A stretch of 51,601 bases of DNA from Bacteroidales bacterium (lineage in GTDB: Bacteria; Bacteroidota; Bacteroidia; Bacteroidales; VadinHA17). Below, piece by piece: positions 38,095 through 45,914 of the stretch. Each line of letters opens with the position of its first letter. The first letter of the stretch is position 1. The notes beneath the pieces were generated by a model, which ran no database searches, was not told the origin of the DNA, and was given only the letters and a program-made list of their open reading frames with translations. A program made the translations under genes and the position numbers. The DNA lies in the NCBI GenBank assembly GCA_003520925.1, contig DOTV01000196.1:1-51601 (forward strand), written 5' to 3'.

Positions 38095-39441
38095 ATGAAA
38101 AAGGAAATCCTTTCAGCTCTGATAATTATAATCTTCTTAGGTGGTTGTAAGTCTTCCGATAACGGAGAACTGACAGGAGTCGCTGGGAGAAAAAATTTCT
38201 TTGAGCCTGAACCATTCGAAATGGCATTCATTCCTGCCGGTAGCTTCACCATGGGACCAAGTGATCAGGATGCGGTGTTTGCACAGAACAGCATCTCTAA
38301 GGTAGTTACAGTTGAGGCATTCTGGATGGACCAGACTGAAATTACAAATAATAAGTATCGTCAGTTTGTATATTATGTGAGGGATTCCATTCTGAGAACA
38401 AAGCTCGGTGAGGCACAGGTTCCCGACCGTGAATATTTTGTAACCGACAAGGAAGGTAATCCTGTTGAACCTCCGGTTATCAACTGGCAGGAAAAGATTG
38501 ATCCTGAAGAAGAGACAACAGCTGCTGTTCTTGAAGAAATGTACTATCCTCCCGAAGAGAGATTCAACGGCAAAAAGCAGATTGATGTCAGGAAACTTAA
38601 TTACACGTATTTCTGGGTTGATTATCAGCAGGCTGCAAAAGCAAAATATGTCAATGACTATGCCAATAACACATGGAAATATGTAGGACAGGTTATCGAC
38701 CGCAACGGAAATGTCACACCTGTTAAGGACCGTTCCTCTTTCATAAGGCATGATACAATTAATATATATCCTGATACTCTTTGCTGGATAAGGGACTTTA
38801 CATATTCATTCAATGATCCGCAGGCGGACCTTTACTTCTGGCATCCGTCGTTCGACGACTACCCTGTTGTTGGTGTTTCATGGCCTCAGGCAACTGCGTT
38901 CAGCAGGTGGAGAACTGACTATATGAATACTGCCCTAAGGAAAAATGGCATTGCCGATGTACAGGCTTACAGGCTTCCCCTTGAAACAGAATGGGAATAT
39001 GCTGCAAGAGGCGGACTTGACCTTTCGATGTACCCATGGGGCGGACCTTATACCAGAAACTACCAGGGTTGTTTCCTTGCCAACTTTAAACCATTACGCG
39101 GAAACTATATCGACGACGGTACAGTATACAGCGCTAAGGTAGGATCGTATGAACCCAACGAATATGGTTTGTTTGATATGTCGGGTAATGTTGCCGAGTG
39201 GACTCTCTGTGCATATCACCCATCAGCATATATATTCCAGCACGATCTTAACCCGAATTATGAATACAATGCACGTCCGCAGGATCCTCCTGTACTCAAA
39301 CGCAAAGTTATTAGGGGTGGTTCATGGAAGGACATTGCTTATTTCCTTCAGACAAGTGCAAGGGATTATGAATATCAGGATTCAACAAAATCTTACATCG
39401 GGTTTCGTAATGTAAGATCTTATATCGGAGTAAATCAATAA
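38095..39441 (+). CDS. gldK: T9SS ring lipoprotein GldK/PorK (FGE-sulfatase-like fold)
   Basis: Lipobox IFLGGCKS, then an SUMF1/FGE-like domain (FIPAGSFTMG..., EWEYAARGG, GNVAEW, IRGGSW). ATG 38095 is chosen. The ORF track starts at TTG 38071. Confidence 0.92.
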   Translation: MKKEILSALIIIIFLGGCKSSDNGELTGVAGRKNFFEPEPFEMAFIPAGSFTMGPSDQDAVFAQNSISKVVTVEAFWMDQTEITNNKYRQFVYYVRDSILRTKLGEAQVPDREYFVTDKEGNPVEPPVINWQEKIDPEEETTAAVLEEMYYPPEERFNGKKQIDVRKLNYTYFWVDYQQAAKAKYVNDYANNTWKYVGQVIDRNGNVTPVKDRSSFIRHDTINIYPDTLCWIRDFTYSFNDPQADLYFWHPSFDDYPVVGVSWPQATAFSRWRTDYMNTALRKNGIADVQAYRLPLETEWEYAARGGLDLSMYPWGGPYTRNYQGCFLANFKPLRGNYIDDGTVYSAKVGSYEPNEYGLFDMSGNVAEWTLCAYHPSAYIFQHDLNPNYEYNARPQDPPVLKRKVIRGGSWKDIAYFLQTSARDYEYQDSTKSYIGFRNVRSYIGVNQ

Positions 39442-39474
39442 AAAATTAATATAACCTTTTAAAAAACCAGGTAT

Positions 39475-40365
39475 ATGAGCCTAGCAGAAATAGTACAGTC
39501 AAGCGGATGGAAGAACTTCATGGCCAAATTATATGGTATTGGTGCTTCTGTCGTAATCGTTGGTGCATTGTTTAAAATACAGCACTGGACAGGTGCAGGA
39601 CTAATGCTGACAATTGGTCTGTTCACTGAAGCAGTTATCTTCTTCTTTTCAGCATTCGAACCTCTTCATGAAGAGGTTGACTGGACGCTTGTTTATCCTG
39701 AGCTTGCCGGCATTCCGGAAGAAGAACCGGGATCTCAGGCAAAAGGTGTTGGAGGTGGCGGATATGGCGGTGCTATTGGCAGCAGCAGCGGCGGCGGTGC
39801 CGGAAGCGGTTCTTATGCACTTTCAAAATTTGATGAGATGCTGCAGAGCGCTGATATCACACCTGAACTATTTCAGAAACTTGGCGTTGGAATGAAGAAA
39901 TTCAGCGAATCAACAACCAATCTAAGCCTCATGGGCGATATCTCAGCCACTTCTTCAAAATACATGAATACAGTCCAGGCTGCCAATGACGCCCTCGGAC
40001 GATTGACGGATACATATCAGTCAACTGCCAGAATAATAAATGAATCTAACTCCAATTATGGTAAACTGACTGAGTCATATTCGGTGATCGAATCAGGTGG
40101 AAAAACATATAAGCAGCAGCTGGAATTGCTCAATAAAAATCTTTCAGCCCTTAATACTGTTTACGAACTTCAACGTAAAGGAGTCGATGACCATATAAAG
40201 GATTCTGAATCCCTTTATAAAAATATCCAGGGTCTTATGAAGGATCTTTCGGATTCAGCCGGTGATTCTAAAAAATATCGTGAACAGATCACCAAACTCA
40301 ACGATAACCTGGCAGCATTGAATAATGTCTATGGAAATATGCTTGCTGCAATGAATGTTAAATAG
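39475..40365 (+). CDS. gldL: T9SS/gliding motor protein GldL/PorL
   Basis: Two N-terminal TM helices (LYGIGASVVIVGALFKIQHW, GLMLTIGLFTEAVIFFFSAFEP with the TM glutamate), a Gly/Ser linker and a coiled-coil-like C-terminus. Confidence 0.92.
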   Translation: MSLAEIVQSSGWKNFMAKLYGIGASVVIVGALFKIQHWTGAGLMLTIGLFTEAVIFFFSAFEPLHEEVDWTLVYPELAGIPEEEPGSQAKGVGGGGYGGAIGSSSGGGAGSGSYALSKFDEMLQSADITPELFQKLGVGMKKFSESTTNLSLMGDISATSSKYMNTVQAANDALGRLTDTYQSTARIINESNSNYGKLTESYSVIESGGKTYKQQLELLNKNLSALNTVYELQRKGVDDHIKDSESLYKNIQGLMKDLSDSAGDSKKYREQITKLNDNLAALNNVYGNMLAAMNVK

Positions 40366-40401
40366 CGTGACATTTTAATATATAACTAAACAACCCTAGA
40401 A

Positions 40402-42000
40402 ATGGCTCACGAGAGGCTATCACCACGGCAAAAGATGATCGGTATGATGTACCTGATTCTTACCGCCATGCTTGCACTTAACGTATCAAAGGAGGCCGTT
40501 GAAGCATTCAAGAAAGTTGACAAGAGTCTTACTACTACACTGGCCAACTACGTTATCAAGAATAATCTTATTTACGAGGAATTTAATAAGGCTGCATCAG
40601 AAAATCCCACAAAGGCAGGGAAATACAGAACCACTGCCATGGAAGTAAAAAGTCGTTCTGACGAAATATCCCAATTTATTCAGGATCTTAAGGTTGAGAT
40701 TATTACGGAAGCGGAGGGTACTGAATCTGAGGCGCTTGCTGGCAACGTGATAGATATTGAAAAGGTAAAGAGATTTGATGACAACAATGTCCCCTCGCAG
40801 ATTTTGATCGGGGCCAATGAAAATGGCAAAGCAAGCACCCTGAAAGCTCTGATGAACGATTATCGTGAATTCCTTATCTCTACACTCGATGGAAAGAATC
40901 CAAGTGCTGAAGATGCTCTCCGTAAAAGTTTAAATACTGACGACGGACACGATCCGGACGGCCAGCCTTCGAAGTGGGAAAACGTTACTTTCCAGCTCCT
41001 TCCACTGGTGGCAGTTGAAACCATCCTTTCAAAAATGCAGGTTGATGTCAGGAACGCTGAGACTGAAGTATTGAATCATCTTTATACACAGATTGATGCC
41101 GGCTCATTCAAAGTAAACAAGATCGTCGCAAACGTCGTTCCTGTATCCAGCTATGTAACCCAGGGTGGTGATTACGAGGCAAGGGTATTTATTTCTGCAA
41201 TCGATTCAACGCAGAAACCTATTGTTAAAGTAAACGGGACTGAACTTCCGGTTGATGAATCGGGCAAGGGAGTATATAAAGTACGTGCCTCCTCAACCGG
41301 ACCGAAAAAATGGGGGGGGGTAATATCCCTCAAGAATCCTTCCGGTGTCATGGTGGATTATCCATTTGATGGATCTTATTATGTGGGAGAACCCAATGTG
41401 GTTGTATCGCCTACAGCAATGAACGTTATGTACAAGGGCATTCAGAACCCAATTGACGTTTCTGTTCCTGGTGTCAGCCCCGATAAAATAAAGATCAGAG
41501 TGGTTAACGGCACACAAACTACCCAGAAGGTTAAAAACTCCAAAGGAGAAAATTTCAGGGGAAACTGGGCAGTTAATCCAACCACAGTCGGTCAGAATGT
41601 CCAGGTAATTGTGTCAGTGACTGATGCATCCAACAAAGGTACAACATTTGCTCCCATTGAGTTCAGGGTAAAGCCAGTTCCAGCTCCAATAGCTACATTC
41701 GGAGGAAAAAGCACGGGTACAATTGCTAAAAACACAGCAGCTGCCCAGACGGGAGTTTATGCATCACTTCCTGATTTCGAATTTGACCTTGTATATAAGA
41801 TCACCTCTTTTACAGTACTTTATACTGACAGCCGGGGTGACTTTGAGGAACCAAGTACAAACAATACGCTTACCCCGAAGCAGAAAGATCTTATCACGAA
41901 GCTTGCGCGAGGCAAGAACCTTTTCATAAAGGATATCAAATGTCTTGCTCCTGATGGAAGAACACTGGATCTGAACCCGATAATATTAAAGATAGACTAG
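40402..42000 (+). CDS. gldM: T9SS/gliding motor protein GldM/PorM
   Basis: N-terminus LSPRQKMIGMMYLILTAMLALNVS (conserved Arg + TM helix) followed by a long periplasmic region. Confidence 0.92.
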   Translation: MAHERLSPRQKMIGMMYLILTAMLALNVSKEAVEAFKKVDKSLTTTLANYVIKNNLIYEEFNKAASENPTKAGKYRTTAMEVKSRSDEISQFIQDLKVEIITEAEGTESEALAGNVIDIEKVKRFDDNNVPSQILIGANENGKASTLKALMNDYREFLISTLDGKNPSAEDALRKSLNTDDGHDPDGQPSKWENVTFQLLPLVAVETILSKMQVDVRNAETEVLNHLYTQIDAGSFKVNKIVANVVPVSSYVTQGGDYEARVFISAIDSTQKPIVKVNGTELPVDESGKGVYKVRASSTGPKKWGGVISLKNPSGVMVDYPFDGSYYVGEPNVVVSPTAMNVMYKGIQNPIDVSVPGVSPDKIKIRVVNGTQTTQKVKNSKGENFRGNWAVNPTTVGQNVQVIVSVTDASNKGTTFAPIEFRVKPVPAPIATFGGKSTGTIAKNTAAAQTGVYASLPDFEFDLVYKITSFTVLYTDSRGDFEEPSTNNTLTPKQKDLITKLARGKNLFIKDIKCLAPDGRTLDLNPIILKID

Positions 42001-42018
42001 TAAATAAATATTAACAAT

Positions 42019-42843
42019 ATGAATAAGAAAATTCTTTTTGGAATTATCGTCCTTGCAATCGGCAGTATGGCTAATGCACAGTCATTTGGCGATATATACC
42101 AGAAATCAATAACTGATAACAAGAAGATCAACTATCCCTTCCTAAGGGAAGCCGATGTGATCTGGTCGAAGAAAATATGGCGTCTTATCGACCTCAGGGA
42201 GAAGATAAACCAGCCATTGTACTATCCGTTAAAAACTACGCAGGACGGCAGAAAAAGCCTGATCACTATAATACTTGAAGAGATCCGTGCCGGACGGCTG
42301 GAAGCTTTTTCGGCTCTGGATTCAAATCTGCCAACAACTTATGACGATATTGAAATAAATATGGGGGCTAAAACCAAAACCCAGTCAATTCAGATAAATG
42401 CTGAGGGTCAGACAAAAGATACAGTAATTACCGATGCTGCAAAACCTGAGGAGGTTAAACAGCTCCTTGTGTATGAAGAATGGTATTTCGATAAAAAGCT
42501 GTCAAGGCTCGATGTAAGAATCATCGGTATGATGCCCTACTGGATGGGTTATGACAATGATGCCGGGCGTGCTTTGAGGAAACCGTTGTTCTGGGTTAAA
42601 TATGACGACTTAAGGGATGCACTTGCAAAACAGGAAGCTTTCCTTGCCAGCAACGATGCCCAAAGGATCTCATTTGATGATCTTTTTATGCAGAGAAGAT
42701 TCGGGAGCGTGATTTTCGGTGAATCCAACGTGTTTGACGATCGTCAGATCAATGATTATACTGTTGGTAAATCAACACTGTTTGAAGCTGAACGCATTAA
42801 AACAGAACTGTTCAACTTTGAACACGACCTATGGGAGTTTTAG
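42019..42843 (+). CDS. gldN: T9SS ring protein GldN/PorN
   Basis: Signal peptide, position after gldM, and GldN-like conserved segments ([30 protein letters not shown]). Confidence 0.88.
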   Translation: MNKKILFGIIVLAIGSMANAQSFGDIYQKSITDNKKINYPFLREADVIWSKKIWRLIDLREKINQPLYYPLKTTQDGRKSLITIILEEIRAGRLEAFSALDSNLPTTYDDIEINMGAKTKTQSIQINAEGQTKDTVITDAAKPEEVKQLLVYEEWYFDKKLSRLDVRIIGMMPYWMGYDNDAGRALRKPLFWVKYDDLRDALAKQEAFLASNDAQRISFDDLFMQRRFGSVIFGESNVFDDRQINDYTVGKSTLFEAERIKTELFNFEHDLWEF

Positions 42844-42856
42844 ACCTTTGACATAG

Positions 42857-42884
42857 AAAAGGCTGCCGCGGCAGCCTTTTTTTA
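42857..42884 (+). terminator. rho-independent terminator after gldN (usable in both directions)
   Basis: AAAA-GGCTGCCGCGGCAGCC-TTTTTTT: a perfect 16-nt GC palindrome flanked by an A-run and a T-run, 14 nt after the gldN stop. Confidence 0.8.
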
Positions 42885-42890
42885 TGCCCC

Positions 42891-42954
42891 TATATCCCCT
42901 TAAGGGGACTTTTAGAATTACAGCATTGTTAAACCCCCTTCAGGGGGCAGGGGG
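42891..42954 (+). repeat. bipartite GC-hairpin intergenic repeat, copy D
   Basis: Module 1 is TATCCCCTTAAGGGGACTTTTAGAAT (42893-42918). Module 2 is CCCCC-ttca-GGGGG-CAGGGGG (42934-42954), which abuts the stop codon of the manC-like gene. Confidence 0.8.
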
Positions 42955-44046
42955 CTATTGAAATTTCTCCCCGGTTGCGTTTTTCACATCCTCAAGGTAG
43001 TTTTTTATGCTCTGCTCCTCTTCCTTTTTTACTATAAGAAGAACATCCCCCGAATCGACAATGATATAATCCTTTAAACCCTGGACAACAGCAATCTTGC
43101 CGGGTGCAATGTTAAAGATATTTCCCCTGCTGTCGTATGAGAATACTTCGCCTCTTACCTTGGAGTTTCCTTTTTTGTCAACTTTCGAATGCTCATGAAG
43201 AGAGCTCCATGTTCCCAGATCCGACCAGCCGATATCGGTACACATTACATATACATTATCAGCCTTCTCCATTATACCGTAGTCGATCGATATGCTCCGG
43301 CACTGTGCATAGGTTTTGCTAATGAATTTTGTCTCCAGCTTTGTCCCGAAACTATCCCTGCCTTCATCGAAAGCAGAGAACATCTCCGGAAGGTGTTTTT
43401 CAAAGGCACTCAGAATCGATTTTATATTCCAGATGAATATCCCTGAGTTCCAGTAAAAATCACCGCTCTCAAGAAACACTTTAGCCAGCTCAATATCAGG
43501 CTTTTCAGTAAAGGTTTTAACCTTCATAAGGTTAGTGAAGCCGGCTGCACTCTTTTTACGGTCAGCCTGAATATAACCATATCCCGTTTCAGGTCTGTCG
43601 GGCTTTATTCCAAGTGTGAGGAGAGCATTGTTCTTTTCAGCAAATTCAAAGCTCTTCTTTATTACATCAACAAATTTGTCTTCTTTAATAATCAGATGAT
43701 CAGCGGGAGTAACAGCGATAACCGCGTCGGGATTCTCCTTCAATATTCTGAATGTTCCGTAAGCCAGACATGGAGCTGTGTTTCGCCTGAATGGCTCAGA
43801 AAGAATATTGGGCTGATCTATATCTATCTGTTCTGCTACAATATCCTTATGTTCAGTACTGGTGACAACATAAATATTCTCTTTCCCGCAGATAGATCTG
43901 AACCGTCTGAAAGTCTGCTGCAATAAAGTTTCTCCGTTTCCGAGGATATCGAGGAACTGCTTAGGTCTTTCAAGACGGCTCATGGGCCAGAAACGGCTTC
44001 CTACTCCACCAGCCATTATTATTACATACCTGTTGTCCATAAGCAT
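42955..44046 (-). CDS. mannose-1-phosphate guanylyltransferase (nucleotidyltransferase-only form)
   Basis: IIMAGGVGSRFWPMSR NTP-transferase motif, about 360 aa. The start is ATG 44046 or 44040. The ORF track starts at 44127. Confidence 0.85.
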   Translation of the reverse strand: MLMDNRYVIIMAGGVGSRFWPMSRLERPKQFLDILGNGETLLQQTFRRFRSICGKENIYVVTSTEHKDIVAEQIDIDQPNILSEPFRRNTAPCLAYGTFRILKENPDAVIAVTPADHLIIKEDKFVDVIKKSFEFAEKNNALLTLGIKPDRPETGYGYIQADRKKSAAGFTNLMKVKTFTEKPDIELAKVFLESGDFYWNSGIFIWNIKSILSAFEKHLPEMFSAFDEGRDSFGTKLETKFISKTYAQCRSISIDYGIMEKADNVYVMCTDIGWSDLGTWSSLHEHSKVDKKGNSKVRGEVFSYDSRGNIFNIAPGKIAVVQGLKDYIIVDSGDVLLIVKKEEEQSIKNYLEDVKNATGEKFQ

Positions 44047-44072
44047 TTGTAAAATTTCTGATAAATGTTTTG

Positions 44073-44080
44073 CAAATATA
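44073..44080 (-). promoter_or_regulatory. -7 promoter box (TATATTTG on minus strand) upstream of the manC-like gene
   Basis: Exact TAnnTTTG, 26 nt upstream of ATG 44046. This supports the shorter start over the ORF-track start at 44127. Confidence 0.45.
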
Positions 44081-44164
44081 TAATTATTTGACCAATCCCG
44101 ATTTACCCTCCCTGCCGGAATTACCATAAATATTTGTAATTTTACCCATCATTATTAGTTAACC

Positions 44165-44908
44165 ATGATTAAGTTTTTAGAGCAGTTTGGCAATTATTTT
44201 CTGCTTCTTAAAAAAGTTTTTTCCAAGCCCGAAAAGCCTTATGTTTATTATAAGCAGACAATGCATGAAATGGTTTTTCTGGGCCTCAATTCTGTTGGAA
44301 TAATAACAGTAATATCCTTCTTTATGGGCGCTGTTATCACCCTGCAAACTGCATATAATACTGAGAACCCCATTTATCCTACCTATCTTATAGGACTTGG
44401 CTGCCGCGACTCAATATTACTTGAGTTCTCATCCACGATTGCAGCACTGATCCTTGCAGGTAAAGTAGGGTCAAGTATTGCATCTGAGATTGGTACCATG
44501 AGGGTTACCGAACAGATCGACGCACTCGAGATTATGGGAGTCAACTCTGCTTCTTACCTTATTCTTCCCAAGATAATTGCAACTCTCGTATTTAATCCCT
44601 TTCTCACCCTTATAAGCATTTCTGTGGGAATTGTCGGAGGATGGATTGCCGGTACAACTGCGGGGGTTATAACATCCGAAGATTATATTTATGGCATTCA
44701 GTATGCATTTATCCCTTATTATGTGACCTATGCCATAATTAAAACACTATTCTTCGCTTTCATAATAACTACAGTATCTGCCTATCACGGATACAAGATC
44801 GAAGGCGGATCGCTTGAAGTAGGTCAGGCAAGTACAAAAGCAGTAGTTCACAGCAGCATCATTATTCTGCTTTTCAATGTAATTTTAACACAACTTCTGC
44901 TCTCATGA
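44165..44908 (+). CDS. mlaE: MlaE-family ABC transporter permease
   Basis: MlaE hallmark GSSIASEIGTMRVTEQIDALEIMGVNS and 5-6 TM helices. Confidence 0.85.
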   Translation: MIKFLEQFGNYFLLLKKVFSKPEKPYVYYKQTMHEMVFLGLNSVGIITVISFFMGAVITLQTAYNTENPIYPTYLIGLGCRDSILLEFSSTIAALILAGKVGSSIASEIGTMRVTEQIDALEIMGVNSASYLILPKIIATLVFNPFLTLISISVGIVGGWIAGTTAGVITSEDYIYGIQYAFIPYYVTYAIIKTLFFAFIITTVSAYHGYKIEGGSLEVGQASTKAVVHSSIIILLFNVILTQLLLS

Positions 44909-45663
44909 TCAGGGTAATTGACCTCAACAAATCGTTTAACGATAAGCCTATTCTGAGCGATATTTCTGTTTCATTCGAAGCTGGAAAAACGAACCTTATT
45001 ATCGGCCGGAGCGGTTCAGGTAAAACTGTCCTCCTGAAATCCATCGTCGGGCTCCATGATATTGACAGCGGAGAGATCTGGTATGATGATCTGCTATTCA
45101 ATAAACTTGATTTTAAAGGCAAGAAAGAGATAAGGAAGGAAATGGGAATGCTTTTTCAGGGAAGCGCCTTGTTCGATTCGCTTACCGTGGAACAGAATGT
45201 AAGATTCCCCCTTGACATGTTCACGGAAAAGAGCGATGAGGAAAAAACCGATCGCGTTAATTTCTGCCTCGAAAGGGTTAATATTATCAACTCTAATAAA
45301 CTTCTCCCTTCAGAACTGTCGGGCGGAATGAAGAAAAGGGTTGCAATTGCCAGGGCAATATCGCTGAACCCTAAGTTCCTGTTTTGCGATGAACCCAATT
45401 CAGGCCTCGATCCGATAACCGCCATTCTGATTGATGAACTTATTAAGGAACTCACCGAGGAGTATTCAATGACTACAATCGTAAATACCCATGATATGAA
45501 TTCCGTGATGAAGATCGGTGAGAAGATAATCTTTTTAAGCGATGGCGTGAAATGCTGGGAAGGAAGCAGTAAGGAAATACTCGATTCAGATAATGAAATT
45601 CTTAATGATTTTGTATTTGCAAATGCCCTTGCAAAGCAATTAAGATCCTCTCTCAAAAAATAA
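44905..45663 (+). CDS. mlaF: ABC transporter ATP-binding protein (MlaF-like)
   Basis: Walker A GRSGSGKT, signature LSGGMKKR, Walker B FLFCDEP. It overlaps mlaE by 4 nt (ATGA). Confidence 0.85.
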   Translation: MIRVIDLNKSFNDKPILSDISVSFEAGKTNLIIGRSGSGKTVLLKSIVGLHDIDSGEIWYDDLLFNKLDFKGKKEIRKEMGMLFQGSALFDSLTVEQNVRFPLDMFTEKSDEEKTDRVNFCLERVNIINSNKLLPSELSGGMKKRVAIARAISLNPKFLFCDEPNSGLDPITAILIDELIKELTEEYSMTTIVNTHDMNSVMKIGEKIIFLSDGVKCWEGSSKEILDSDNEILNDFVFANALAKQLRSSLKK

Positions 45664-45665
45664 GG

Positions 45666-45851
45666 TTAGTCTACTTCCTCGTAATCTGTATACTCTCCTA
45701 TCTCTTTCGATACTCCTTTTGATTTTGTTGAGTCCTGGCGCTTTTGTTCCTGTTCCCGCCCACTGTTCATTTCTTCAAAATACCTGTTAAAAGACCTGAT
45801 AACCAGGTAGACTATGATACTTATTAAAATAAACCTTATAAGTAATGTCAT
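45666..45851 (-). CDS. small membrane protein (DUF4834-like)
   Basis: 61 aa: one N-terminal TM helix (LIRFILISIIVYLVI) and an acidic tail ending GEYTDYEEVD, the typical layout of this Bacteroidota family. Confidence 0.6.
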   Translation of the reverse strand: MTLLIRFILISIIVYLVIRSFNRYFEEMNSGREQEQKRQDSTKSKGVSKEIGEYTDYEEVD

Positions 45852-45914
45852 TGCTATTATTAATTATTCGTTCTTTTTATCTGCTGCCTGTCATTTCCCA
45901 AGGCTGTTTTCTAT

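Noticed and set aside
38137-38751. 204-aa minus-strand ORF inside gldK.
   Set aside because: It is fully antisense to a strongly supported gene. The translation is Cys/Ile/Phe-rich with no motif, as expected for an antisense frame in AT-rich coding sequence.
39745-39816. GGC/GGT/AGC-rich low-complexity DNA that looks like a microsatellite.
   Set aside because: It is in frame within gldL and encodes the Gly/Ser linker between the TM and cytoplasmic domains. There is no strict nucleotide periodicity, so it is not a VNTR or CRISPR.
45156-45656. 166-aa minus-strand ORF inside the ABC ATPase gene.
   Set aside because: It is antisense to a gene with intact Walker A, signature and Walker B motifs. 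The serine-rich translation is typical of an antisense frame.
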